NCBI GenBank assembly: GCA_051313645.2
Contig: JBNRSN020000008.1
Span: forward strand, 74,400,001 to 74,464,000
DNA: 64,000 nucleotides
Direction of reading: 5' to 3'
Source: Centroscyllium fabricii
Lineage: Eukaryota
A program made the position numbers and the translations under genes. The notes below the pieces were generated by a model. That model was not told where the DNA came from. It worked only from the letters and a program-made list of their open reading frames with translations, and did no database searches. Position 1 is the stretch's first letter, and each line of letters begins with the position of its first letter. Positions 37,495-50,166 of this stretch are shown one piece after another.

Positions 37495-38796
37495 AACTTC
37501 CATCTTCTTCACACACAGGCCAAATTTATACAAGCATCCAAGAAATGGTTCATGATGACTTGGCTCTCTGCTGCATAGGGAACAAAATCACAATAATCAA
37601 ACAAGAGTTCCTAAACAAGTTCTTCAGATGTCTTGGTTTTGGACTGCAGGAGGTGGAGATTGTACAATTTGTATCAGGGCCTGAAGTAAATACACTCACT
37701 TATCCAAATTCCTGAAGACATAAGCAAGCACAGAAGCAAACTAAATAAGGTAGGAGCTAGAACACAATGCCATTTGACTACACTGAAACACTCTATTATA
37801 TGAACACAGGAGATTTTGCTTTTGATATCCTCATTGAAGTAATTTATTCATATTATAAATTCAGACCTGGAGCACTCCTTTCCTGCTTGAACACCTCTCA
37901 TTTATGACCATCTTAACTAATTATTTATCCCACACCATATTTTCTCTTAATCTGTAACTAACATTTAACATGGAACTTTTGTCAAATATGTTTTGAAAAT
38001 CTAAGTCTATTAACATCTCTGGCATTTCCATCATAGCAGCAAAAAAGGTCCAGCAATTTAGTCCAGCACAATCACCCCTCCCTGAATCTATTCCAGCTAT
38101 CCCTCTTCAAAACGAAATTTCCTCTTTGTCTCTACCTTTTTGTAAAGATCTTGATGTGCAGATTTCATTTCCATAGCCAAGTGTGTTTTTGAGGACTGAG
38201 TCATTATTCTTAGTCAGTGCAAGTGATTTCTGGATTTTGTTAATGAGACAAACCCCACAGATGATCTAAAGAACTCAGCCATTTAACTATCACATATATT
38301 GAGGTATTTAATATTAATTATACATAAAAAAGGTTAAAATGCCAAACTTAAATTGGGGAAAAGGAAATTTAGAAGCGATATTAGGAAAAACTTAACTCCA
38401 TGCATATTTTTGGAAATATCCTACTAGACAGGGCATATTGTTCAAAATGCATTTGGATACCAAGTTGGCATCTAGTTGAATGAGACTCAATCCAATGTTC
38501 TTCTCATGTGCTCAAAGATTTGGTCTGTGTCTTGGGTTGCAGAAATGGTTGATCTACACATCTCCTCTCTTCTAGCTTTTACATCAAAATACTGTAGTTA
38601 CCCACAAGCTGCTGTGAACTGCACTTGCCCACTTTGTATCTAGTTAGACTCAGCCTTCTGAGTATCAAATCCTTGTAAGACAATTGACTGGAGGAGCCCG
38701 ATGTGAGATAATTGATATTAAAGCAAAATAACCATGAATACTACAATTGTGGCAATGATGAGAAATGTAATAATTAGTTAAAACACAGGTTCAATC

Positions 38797-38967
38797 ACTG
38801 ATGTGGAGGTGCCGGTGTTGGACTGGGGTGGACAAATGTAAGAAGTCACACACCAGGTTATAGTCCAACTGTTTTATTTGAAATCACAAGCTTTCGGAGC
38901 GTTGCTCCTTCATCAGGTGTAGGATGAAGGAGCAACGCTCCGAAAGCTTGTGATTTCAAATAACTGT
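38797..38967. mobile_element. Short fold-back Penelope-like insertion with a hammerhead motif
   Basis: Intact motif on the minus strand (38885-38919) and a truncated inverted copy. Direct repeat AGGTTCAATC at 38787-38796 and 38968-38977. Confidence 0.8.
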
Positions 38968-39339
38968 AGGTTCAATCCCAGCAGACTATGGGTCAAAGGA
39001 AGCTAGAACAGGTCCTTAACAAGGTTAGCTATAATGGTGTCAAGTGATCTCAGTACTGGATGATGACCATCAATATTGATGTTAAAACAGGCCAGGAATG
39101 GACTCAGATGTAATCAGGAGAACCCTAACTAAATATTGTTGATGTGAAATAATTCTCTACATAGAGCATTTCACCTAAATTCTCAATATCAAGTATGAGA
39201 GAACAGTTCTCAGAGGGAAGCTGCCATGGGCTGTTCACTACTGAACCAACTTACAGTCTACTTTGATGTTCACTGTTTGTTAGTCCACTGTTTGACTATC
39301 TCGAATCTTGGAATAGTAAGAAAGCACGAGCTAGCATTT

Positions 39340-39905
39340 ATACATCATATTTTAGGTCCTCACCCCCATGTGGCAAAGTGCTTCACAGCCACTGAAGTAC
39401 TTCAAAAAAAAATTGAGACAGTGAACATTTAATGCAAGCAACTGCAGCAGCCAATTTTCACACAATGTCCCAAAAACAGCAATGGAAATAACCAGATAAT
39501 CTTTTGGCAACGTGGGTTGAGGGGTAAATATTGGCCAGGACACCAGAACCTGTCTCCTCTTTGTTCCCTCCCACCTCCCAACTTGTTTCATTTAGTTTTG
39601 ATAAAGGGTCCCAACCCGAAACGTCGACTCTATATTTCTCTCCACCGATGCTACCTGGCCTGCTGAGTTTTTCCAGCATTTTCTGTTGTTACACCAGAAC
39701 CTCCCTGCTTCATCAAATAGTACCACGGGATCTTTTATATCCACCTGACGGCAGAGAAACTTAGGTTCAACAGCTCATCTGAAAGAAAGCACCTCTGACA
39801 GTGCAGCACTCCCTCAGCACCGCACTGAAGAGTACGTGTTCAAGTCTCTGACCCACGATCTTCTGACTGAGAAACGAGAGTCCTAGCACTGAGCCATGAC
39901 TGACA
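39340..39905 (-). mobile_element. DeuSINE-like SINE interrupted at 39552-39690
   Basis: Reverse complement is homologous to 23443-23850. Confidence 0.7.
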
Positions 39906-40625
39906 CCACCAGGTACAATGTTAAGTCATTATACAGTCAGCAGTGACTAGGGCGATCAAAGTCAGGAAATGGAGACGCAGGTTCAGAGAAGTTGAAGAAT
40001 GTTAGATAAAATACAAACAAAAATACTAAATCACAACTTTTGTTCAAGGTGCACAGTCAGCTCACAAAAAGTTGTGCATGATGCTAAAAGTTCTTCATCA
40101 AACTTTACATATGGGCGTATTTTCCATCTGTCACTTTAGATGACGCAGGCTACCCTGTGCAAAATTTCATATTACAATACAAAAAATCAAGGCAGTGTAC
40201 AGAAAAACTCCAGGAACAGAAAACGCTGGAGCTACAATAGTAATTAACCATTGAATGAACTCACCTAATATTTACTTATCAATTAGACTTTGCAGCTGTG
40301 AAGCAACACCAACATTTTGGCAGCAAAACACAAAAAAATCACATGTTCTTGTCACCAACAGTAGACCCTTAGACTTACTAGAAGTAGCAGCACAGGCAAC
40401 TTGCATATGTCAATTCAGCTTTAGTTATCAAGAACCTTGTAATTTGCTTAAGCTCAGAAAGATATTTTGCCATCATTTTTATTACACACCGATTGCTTTA
40501 CAACTGTAATACAATGGGTTTGCTCAGACCTTACTGTGTCAGTGAACTTTTCATTTGATCAAATTGCACTTGAACAAAAATAACGTGATGAAATGCAATC
40601 AGTTCCATGGTCCCATTCCTTAGTT

Positions 40626-40631
40626 TTTATT
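40626..40631 (-). terminator. Candidate CCDC93 polyadenylation signal
   Basis: AATAAA on the minus strand about 70 nt after the CCDC93 stop. Confidence 0.4.
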
Positions 40632-40699
40632 AAATAATGAACTCCGGCTATCAACAGGGAGAAGAGCAAGTCCATTCTTTGGACCCCCGGTGAATTCAT

Positions 40700-40756
40700 T
40701 CAGGAAGCCCCCTTTGCTCTCATGTTGGTCAATAACATTTCATTCTTACGACACTC
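40700..40756 (-). CDS. CCDC93: CCDC93 terminal coding exon
   Basis: Acceptor CTGCAG. Encodes ECRKNEMLLTNMRAKGAS-stop. Confidence 0.92.
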   Translation of the reverse strand, partial: ECRKNEMLLTNMRAKGAS

Positions 40757-40941
40757 CTGCAGATTAAAGCAAATTAAACATTAGCGGTACTAGAGAAGAT
40801 ATTTGTTTATAAGGAAGTACATGTTTTTATATTTGACAGCTTGAAAAATAAATTTTTGAAACCGATTTGGTCAAAAACTACCATGACATTTTTTTGTGAG
40901 CAGAACAATTGACATTAAGAATCTTGTCTAAAATTATAATG

Positions 40942-41201
40942 CAGGTTGAGCACCGGTAATCTGGCACGATTGGAAACCGGCGCTCTTCATTTCGCGGAGC
41001 AGCTGTTCGGCGGCGCCACCGTTTCCTGGGAAGGGTGAGCAGGGTTTCTGGTTTTTTAGGTTTTGTAAGCGTTCTATCCCCGGGCTCCTTCCCGGAGAGT
41101 GTTCTACCGCGCGCTCCCCCCAAACCTTTAGTGGTTCGGAATTTTCAGTGGTCCGGCACCAGCCTGGTTCCAAGGGTGCCGGATTAACGGTGCTCAACCT
41201 G
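40942..41201. mobile_element. Tigger-like MITE
   Basis: TIRs CAGGTTGAGCACCGGTAATC / GATTAACGGTGCTCAACCTG, flanks TG and TA. Confidence 0.8.
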
Positions 41202-42113
41202 TATTGTCGTGTGCCTTCAACATCACTGATTGGACCACGGTGCTAGTTAGGTGATAGCACAGATCAACTTGTTAGAAAATAATTTTCAACCTATTTTCTG
41301 CCATCATTTCCCTTTCACCTCCCTATGCCATACTAATCATCCACCAAAAGCATTTTATTCACTCTGCCCAGCATTTGATCCCTTAGGCCTCTGGTTCTAC
41401 TTGTTCCCAAGACCCATCCAGAGTTTCAGTTCTGGCTCCACACTCCTACTCCCTTTCCAGCTACTGGCTCAGCCCTACTCAACCTTGATCAAAACAGTTA
41501 AGTGTCCCACCTAACCGAGTGCAGCCAGCCTCTCTAGTCCCACCCAAATCTGAAGGTAGGAGGAGTGTAAATACTGGGGAGCCTTTTAAATGGTATTACA
41601 TTGCATGGTTTCTTTCTAGTTCACAATCACTTTTTTACTTCTGGTGACAGTTTATTTAGGACATCTACAATGTAATTTTTAAGGTAGTCATTAGTAATTT
41701 GATTTATTGGGCAATTTACATAAATTTAGAATGCTGGAATATTTCATTAATTTGGTTGGCCGTTGTAACCTGCAGATCAAATTTGTCTGTGCTAACCACA
41801 GTCACTAATGCATGCTCGCTCCTGCGATTACCAGGAACCTTGCTCCTGGCCAAACCGTCAGTGTATCTAAGCCCTAGCTTTCCCTGTCCCTCAATATTTG
41901 AGTCCCATGTTCCAGTCAGCCTGCTCCATCTAATCCTCAGACTTGGAGGCCCCCTCCCACTCCACCATCATCTCAGTCCACTATCCCAGTTTACTCCACA
42001 CCCACACCTGGTAGCTAAGCCAGTGGTGGGAGGGGGGGGCGGTGGGAGAGAAAGAGAAGGGAAAGAAAAAGGAGGTTGGAGGACACAGGAGAAAAAGCTA
42101 CAGGAAACACAAT

Positions 42114-42825
42114 GGCCCATAAATTCCGTTCCCTACGGGTATGTACTCGCTGTGTACTCACCCGTAGGGCCAACGGAACTGCTGGCTTTATGTATGTACT
42201 GCGCATGCGCTGGAAACCGGAACTTCCATTCTTTGAAGAAAGGGCTTCACAGGTCAAACGCCTGCACCGGATAGGCAGCGCGTACAGCTGAAACTTCCAG
42301 CTTTTCCCCCCCACAGTTGCTTCACTCCAGGTTAGTCTGAAACAGCTGCGCCTGGTAAAGCAGGCGCAAGGCCTGCTTTTACCAGGCTAAGATGTGAAGT
42401 AAAAAAAATTTTTTTTTTTCCCACTGATTAATCATTTTAAAATACTTTAAAGAAAGGTAAGTTTATTTTAGCCCTGTTAAACGAATTACGTTTTTCAAAA
42501 ATTAAATTTTTTGTTTAAAATAGTTAATATGTAATTTATAGCCATTTAAAAAATGTGATTCAATTTTTTTTTTGACGTTTTACTTAGGTTTAAGGGCTGA
42601 TTTCTGAATGGAAATTCCTTGCTCGGATTGGCTCCCCATGGCCGTGATCCCAGGGACGCAACGAACTGCCTGTGCCCCCTGGGATATGCGAGCCCTGCAC
42701 ACTGGCAGCTTGAAGAGGCACAGCAATGGAATTCTGCGCCTCCTGTGAGCCCTCTGGTCCAGGCGGATATTTTTCCAAATCGCAGCCCTCCGCCCGTGGA
42801 GAGCGGTGAACGGAATTTCTGGGCC
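42114..42825. mobile_element. Non-autonomous DNA transposon with AT target duplication
   Basis: TIRs GGCCCATAAATTCCGTTC / GAACGGAATTTCTGGGCC, AT on both flanks. Confidence 0.8.
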
Positions 42826-43512
42826 ATAACGAAGGGAGAGCGAGAAGTTGTAAATAAAAAGAAAAATCAGAAACAAAATGGAGACAAACAGAAAACGAAA
42901 GAAGCAAAGTGACAGGTTTAGAATTAACTTAATTTTTGTCCGTGTACAATGCCATGTCAGTAGACTTGCAGTGCTTTTAAATCAAGACATTGTGGTTTCA
43001 CGTAATTACTGAATTGGTTACCTCTAATTATATTACTAATTTATGCAAATATACATTACAGGATTACCACTGAAGATTTGACAAAGGCTGATTTACATTT
43101 CTCTTCCACACCATGTTCCCCATTGTTCCTTTGGCCATTCATCCACTTAGCAGTGAAGCAATCAGCTCTTTGACGTTTGCCAAAATTATTCAACTGAGTG
43201 CTTCAGTTTCATCTCAATGCCTCTTCCAGATGGTGCAGTTTTACCATACAAGAACTCCTGGGTACAAATTCATGTCTACTGCTTTATGACTGCACAAGTG
43301 CACCAAAACGCTGTTCAACTAGGATTTATACTACCAAAATATGTTTGAAGCATGCTAAAGCTTGGATTGATAGACCCCAAACATATTCCATCACCCCCTC
43401 ATTTGTCCTTTCCTCATAATTTCCAAAGCATGCCACGCTGCATAATTCCAGAAAAATATTACAACTCTACAAGTGTTCATACTTCATTATACAAGGTGAT
43501 ATAATGTATTAC

Positions 43513-43626
43513 CTCTTTAAATTCTTTGACAGTTTTAAAGTACAGACGCTGTTTCTCCAGCAGTTCAAGATACTCATCATTCAGCTGGTCACGTCTCATT
43601 TTGTTCTCTTGTTTTTTCTTCTCCAA
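43513..43626 (-). CDS. CCDC93: CCDC93 coding exon
   Basis: 114 nt, AG/GT. Encodes [38 protein letters not shown]. Confidence 0.95.
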
Positions 43627-43898
43627 CTTGGGTTGGTGGGTGGGGGAAGGAAGAGAAGCGGATGAAAAAATAAAACAGTAAAGTAAAAGTTTTAAAATCA
43701 CTAGCCATTAACTAGTAATGAGGACCTTTCATTAAATTTAAGTTAATCTAGTACATGCAAAAGAATCAAGTAAATATGGATATTAAGAATGTAAAGAACA
43801 TGCTGCAATACTTTTTTTAGCGCTCTTGGAGGTGGTGAATTTTGGATAAGATGTTAAATTGAAAGGCTAGCCTGTATGTTCAGTGGACAAAGATCTCA

Positions 43899-46097
43899 GA
43901 AACATAGAAGATAGGAGCAGGAGTAGGCCATTTGGCCCCTCGAGCCTGCTCCGCCATTCAATGCGATCATGGCTGATCATCCAAATTCAGTACCCTGTCC
44001 CTGCCTTCTCCCCATATCACAGACACCGAAACACAAAGATAGGAGTAGGCCATTCGGCCCTTCGAGCCTGCTCCGCCATTTTGATGAGATCATGGCTGAT
44101 CATCCAAACCCAGCATCCCCCTCCTACCCTCTCCCCATATCCCCTGACATCCCCAACTCCAAGAACTATATCTCACACACATACTCATGGGCAATTTTTT
44201 TTAGTATCTCCAATTCACCTAACCTGCATGTCTTTGGATGGTGGGAGGAAACCGGAGTACCCAGAGGAAACCCACATGAACATGGGGAGAACATGCAAAC
44301 TCCACGCAGAGGTGTCTCGGGCCAAGCAAGATATCCCTTGATCTCTTTAGCCTGAAGGAATAGATCTAACTCCTTCTTGAATATATTTAATGAACTGGCC
44401 TCCACTGCCCTCTGTGGCAGAGAATTCCACAGGTTCACCACTCTCGGTGAAAAAATTCCCCATCATCTCAGTCCTAAATGGCTTACCCCTTATCCTTAGA
44501 CTATGACCCCTGGTTCTGGGCTCCCCAGCCATCAGGAACATCCTTCCTGCATCTAGTCTGTCCAGGCCTGACAGAATTTTATAGGTTTCGATGAGATCCC
44601 CTCTCAATCTTCTAAACTCCAGCGAGTATAACCCCAATCGACACAATCTCTCCCCATACGTCATTCCTGCCATCCCAGGTATCAGCCTGGTGAATGTTCG
44701 CTGCACTCCTTCCATGGCAAGAACATCCTTCCTTAGATAAGGTGACCAAAATTGCACACAATACTCAAGGTGCGGTCTCACCAAGGCGCTATACAGCTGC
44801 AGCAAGACATACTTGTTCCTGTACTCGAACCCTCTTGCTACGAAGGCCAACATACCATTTGCCTTCTTAACCGCCTTCTGCACCTGCATGCTTACCTTCA
44901 GCGACTGGTGCACAAGAACACCCAGGTCTCTTTGCACTTCCCCCTTCTCCCAATCTATTGCCATTCAAATAATAATCTGCCTTCCTGTTTTTGCCACCAA
45001 AATGGATAACCTCACATTTATCCACATTATAGTTCATTTGCCATGTTTCTGCCCAATTACCCAACCTGGCCAAATCGTACTGGAGTTTCACGACATCCTC
45101 CTCACAGCATACCCTCCCACCCAGCTTTGTGTCATCTGCAAATTTGGAGATACTGCATCCAATTCCCTTGTCCAGATCATTAATATATGTTGTGAACAGC
45201 TGGGGGCCTAGGACCAATCCTTGCGGTACCCCATTAGTCACTGCCTGCCACTCAGAAAACGACTCGTTTATTCTAACTCTTTGCTTTCTATCTGCCAACC
45301 ATTTCTCTATCCAAGTCAGTACCTTCCCCCCAATTCCATGTGCCTTAATTTTACACGCTAATCTCTTATGGGACCTTAACGAAAGCCTTCTGAAAGTCCA
45401 AATACACCACATCCATTGGTTCTCCCTTATCTATTTTACCAGTTACATCCTCAAAAAATTCCAGTAGATTAGTCAAGCACGATTTACCTTTTGTAAATCC
45501 ATGTTGACTTTGTCCGATCCCGCCACTGTTTTCCAAGTGCTCTGCTATTACATCTTTAATAATGGACTCTAGCATTTTCCCCACTACCAATGTCAGGCTT
45601 ACCAGTCTATAATTCCCGTTTTTTCTCTACCACCTTTTTTGAATAGTGGGGTAACATTAGCTACCCTCCAACCCATGGGAACTGTTCCAGAGTCTATCGA
45701 GTTCTGGAAGATAACCAGCAATGCATCCACTATCTCCAGGGCCACTTCCATAAGTACCGTAGGATGTAGATTATCAGGCCCTGGGGATTTATCGGCCTTC
45801 AATCCCGTCAATTTCCCCAAAACTATTTCCCTACAAATACTGATATTTTTCAGTTCCTCCCTTTCATTAGACCCTATGTTCCTCGACATCTCCGGGAGGT
45901 TGTTTGTGTCCTCCTTTGTGAAGACAGAACCAAAATATGTATTTAATTGATCTGCCATTTCTTTGCTTCCCATGATAAATTCCCCTGATTCTGACTGCAA
46001 GGGACCTATGCCCTATGCTTGACTTCACCAATCGTTTTCTCTTCACATATCTATAAAAGCTTTTACAGTCAGTTTTTATGTTCTCTGAAAGCTTACT
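43899..46097 (-). mobile_element. CR1 LINE (RT region plus tail) with a V-SINE at 44019-44330
   Basis: ORFs 45599-46000, 45366-45590, 44867-45412 and 44347-44964 give KSPGPD, QHGF, GVPQGLVLGP, KFADDTK and RPHLEYCVQFW. Confidence 0.9.
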
Positions 46098-46820
46098 CTA
46101 TGGCACTATTTGAAGATCAGGGCATTCTCCCAGCACCCTGGCCAACATCTGTGCCCCAACCACCATCACCAAAACATGTAAACTGGTTATCCATCTCATT
46201 TGCTGTATGTGGGACCTGGCTGTGTGCAAATTGGCTGCCTTATTAACCTATATAACAAAAGTAATGACACCAGAGAGTAATTAATTGGAGGCGAAGCACT
46301 GTGACATTGATAATAAAGCATTTATAATGCAAGCTTTCTTCCTTTCCATCTATATTCAAGTTTTCAAAACAGAGCTGTAATTTATAGCACTGTGGAAAGT
46401 ATAACATACTCAGTAATAATTGAAAGATGCATCTTGTTTGGTTCAGAGGCTCTGCAGAGTTCCAGATGTTTTAGTTATGTGAAGAACCCATCTCATGGTT
46501 TTTTTTTTTTTTTTTTTTAAATTAAAAGAAATATATAGCCAAATTTTCTGCACCAAGAACAAAAACTACAAGCTTCTGCCCCCTTATTCCAATAAACCAC
46601 TTAATTCAGTCATTATTCTCAGCACTCTAGAACACTGCCTAGTTACCTTCATCCCTGCCGTGAATATATTTCTCAAAATCTTTTTCTTTCATTGTACCAT
46701 CACCCCCACTCTAACTGGCTCGGGTTTCTTTTCCCTTCTTGCAATGAAAATGATGTTGACCAATGGTTTCATTTCATATATTGCTAAATGTAATATGTCT
46801 GAAATGAACTGGATTATTAC

Positions 46821-46905
46821 CTTCATGCGATTCTGCTTAATACCTTCCACAATCTGTTCCATCTGGCGCAAGAACTGATCTCGAGCAGCCGTAGAGGCCA
46901 TAGCC
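46821..46905 (-). CDS. CCDC93: CCDC93 coding exon
   Basis: 85 nt, AG/GT. Encodes (Q)[28 protein letters not shown]. Confidence 0.95.
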
Positions 46906-48239
46906 CTGAAACATATTTCAAAATACAAGTTTACTAAAATATTCCACAGTGCATCAAACTACAAACAATCCAATCCCAGAAGCAAGTTTAATGTTTTAAT
47001 ATAGTGCTAATGTGATACACATTCAGTTGAAAAAACCCAATTAAGGTATACTCCTATTCATGTTTCTTCAAAAGTAGATTTTTATCCCCCTGCAAATCAA
47101 TGGATTGGATTTGTACATCAATCCAAGGAAAACAGGCAGATGCCATGCGACACAGCCCATAGTCATGCTACTGTGGGGCTTACATTAAAATCTTCCTGCA
47201 TTGGTGATACTAGGCACCAAACTCAAGGTCACTATCCTGCAGTTCCACCAAATTATGGAATATTCCTTATTTGTTTCGATCAGAAATATTCCAAAGGCGG
47301 AATACATTTGTTAAGTAAAGATTTTAGATTTCAAGGTGGAAAGAAAAGCAGAGTGACGATTACACACAACAAGCCCAATATTTTCTTCCCCGTCCATCCC
47401 ACCACACAAGAAAGCAAATAGCGATACTGAAGGACCAGAGGAATGATTAGGAGTGGAACAAAAGTTCAGTATCTACACAGTATGGAAATTAAGGGAGGGG
47501 ATTGTACAGCACTTGCATGACCAGGTTTGCAAGTCTAACGTTCTTACAATCACTCCATTGGGCAACTGGGTCTAAACCATTGTTGTGAAGGAGATAACCA
47601 AATGAAAATGAAAAAGAATGCCCAGAGCCACAAGTCAAAGGGGATTAACTTTATAACATTGACATAATTAATGGGATTATTCCTTGGATTCAAAATTGAC
47701 AAGTTCCATGTCCAATTAAAAGAACTATGCCCAACTAAAGTGCTAATCGTATTTGCTTCTTTCAGCAACCGAGGATGCATTCCAGCCGACTTACCATCTT
47801 TTAGTAATGCCAATCTTTTTAGTATGAACATATGTACACTTTACTTGCACCAATCATGTATTGAGAACTTTCATTATTTTGGTGATCTTAAGGGACTTTG
47901 CATTTGATTATGAAAACGCAGTTGTTTATCCTCAGTTAATGTCCTCAGTATGCAAGATATCAAAGAATAAAATAATTTCACTAATCTGGGCAAGATGCCA
48001 GTTTAAAGTGCTTATCTGTTTTTGGAAACAAATTTCCTTAAGGCTTACATATGGTGGGCACATAGGAAGCACACAGCCCAAGCAGACCTACCAATCCCAG
48101 AAAAAAAAATATTCCCAAGTATGTAGCATGATTAACAAATGGACATTTATAGCTTCAGCGAAGGTACAAAACAGTGTGGCTAACTCGGTCCCTCCTCTGT
48201 GTACATTTATACAATATACCCAACTTGCATGGTACTCAC

Positions 48240-48277
48240 TGTTGAAAGTTATCATGAATTGAATTCAATAGGTTAAC
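48240..48277 (-). CDS. CCDC93: CCDC93 short coding exon
   Basis: 38 nt, CCAG/GTGAGT. Encodes VNLLNSIHDNFQ(Q); phases match both neighbours. Confidence 0.9.
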
Positions 48278-48339
48278 CTGGCAATAAAGAAAGTTGGATT
48301 AGTCCTTCGAATACACAATGATAAATAAAACATTGTGTG

Positions 48340-49090
48340 GTGCTCATCGTCTTTGCTTCTTTCAGCAACCTAGGATGCATTCCAGCTGACTTACCAACTT
48401 TCAGTAATGCTAATCTTTTTAGTAGATCTTCTCTATCTATTACTATCCTGTCCATAACTTCCCTCTCCTCTTTTAGTGTAACCTTCACATTGCATCTGTC
48501 TTCACAAAGGAAGCAGATAAAGTACTTATTTTAATACTTTAGCCATGTCCTCTGCCTCGACATGAAGATTTCCCTTTGGGTCCTTAATAGGCCCAACTTT
48601 TTCCAAGCTAACCGCTTACACTTTGCACTTACAAAATGTTTTAGGATTCAATTTAATGTTGTCTGCTAATCTTCTCACCTCTTTTTGCCTTCCATATTAA
48701 CTTTTTCAATTCTCTCCTGTACTTTCCATAATCTTCCTGGTTATTAATTGAATCTTGCTCCTGACATTTGTCATAAGCCTCCTTTTTCAATTTTATTTTA
48801 ACTTTCATTCCCTTGGTCATCCAGGGAACATTAGCTTTGGATGCTCTACCTTTTCCCATCAAAAGGAATATACCTGGTTTGTACCTGAACTCTCACTTCC
48901 CTGAGTGCCTTCCATTGCTCAGTTACTGCTTTACCCTGCACTCACCTTTTTTCAATCTACCTGTGCCAAGTCCCTTCTTTAAAAAAAGACTGAAATTAGC
49001 TCTCACCAGTTGGCCATTTTTACCTTTGATATTTTCTAGTCTCTTTCCATAATTACACTAAACTGAATTTTGTTGTGACCACTGTTAGCT
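48340..49090 (-). mobile_element. Old CR1 ORF2 fragment
   Basis: Degraded frames such as KANVPWMTK and LKVGKSAGMHPRLLKE. Confidence 0.7.
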
Positions 49091-49895
49091 AGATGATTAA
49101 TGTTCAATTTAGATTTCAATGGCATTTTCCATTAACAGAATTGGCGAATGCTTTTTGGTATTTGATTTTTTGGGAGGGAATCTGAATCTAAGTCACAATA
49201 ATTACCATGTAGCTACTTTACACAACCAAACTTTGGAGTCATTAAAATCTAATTTATGAAACCAAATTAAAGTAAATGATCTCATTATTGGTACAAATTA
49301 TTTCTCAAAATAACTTTCTGCAGAAATATTCCAATTAAAATTATGCATCACTATATTCTGTCCCTCGAGCTTTTACAACTTCAAAAATACTGATCTATAA
49401 AAGATACAAAACACTCAAAGCTAATTTGCTATCCCAAGAACTTTGGGCAAAACAGCCACTTGCTTCCCTATACAGTCAGTTCATTTACATTTAATTGGAC
49501 TATAAAACTTTATAACCAGTCAAGCACAGAGTTTGATTGTGTTCGTATGTGGATAACTCTCCTTTCCTGGTGGTACAGACAACAGAAGTCATTGATCAAT
49601 ATATTTCTCCTTCCCAAGCAATACAAATACAAAAAAAGGGCTAAATCACAAAAAGGGTGTAAACATAAACAAGAACCTAATTCAAGCTCAATAATGGATA
49701 TTTCAACCACATCTATTGAACTAATTTCCTCAAATCTATGAGTTTTTCCGGGGGGGGGGGGGGGGGGGGGGGAGGATGAATGGAGCAATTAAAACCCCGT
49801 AATTTAAGATCCCAGTGGCTTAGTGGGTATTATTATTTCAAGTGTTAAACGGTAACTTAGGATATGAAGCAAAAGGTTGGCTTTGATTTGCTTAC

Positions 49896-49978
49896 CTCTT
49901 TTTCCAAGTACACTTTTTTATCATCAAGTGTATTATAGAGAGTGAAGAATTGTTTGGTTTCCTTGTGAGTTGCTGCAA
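49896..49978 (-). CDS. CCDC93: CCDC93 coding exon
   Basis: 83 nt, AG/GTAAGC. Encodes (V)[27 protein letters not shown]. Confidence 0.95.
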
Positions 49979-50166
49979 CTGCAACAGAACATATTGACAC
50001 CAGCAGTAGCTTAAAGGCGAATTCAGTTAAATCCACACTTTTCAGAGGAAGTTACAATAGACTCAAAGAACGTTTTAAATGCAGATCACTGTAATATGCA
50101 ATCCACAAGTGGGTTCTTCAAAATGTTATAGGAATGTTTCACTTTATTTGAAAGGAAATAAATGAT

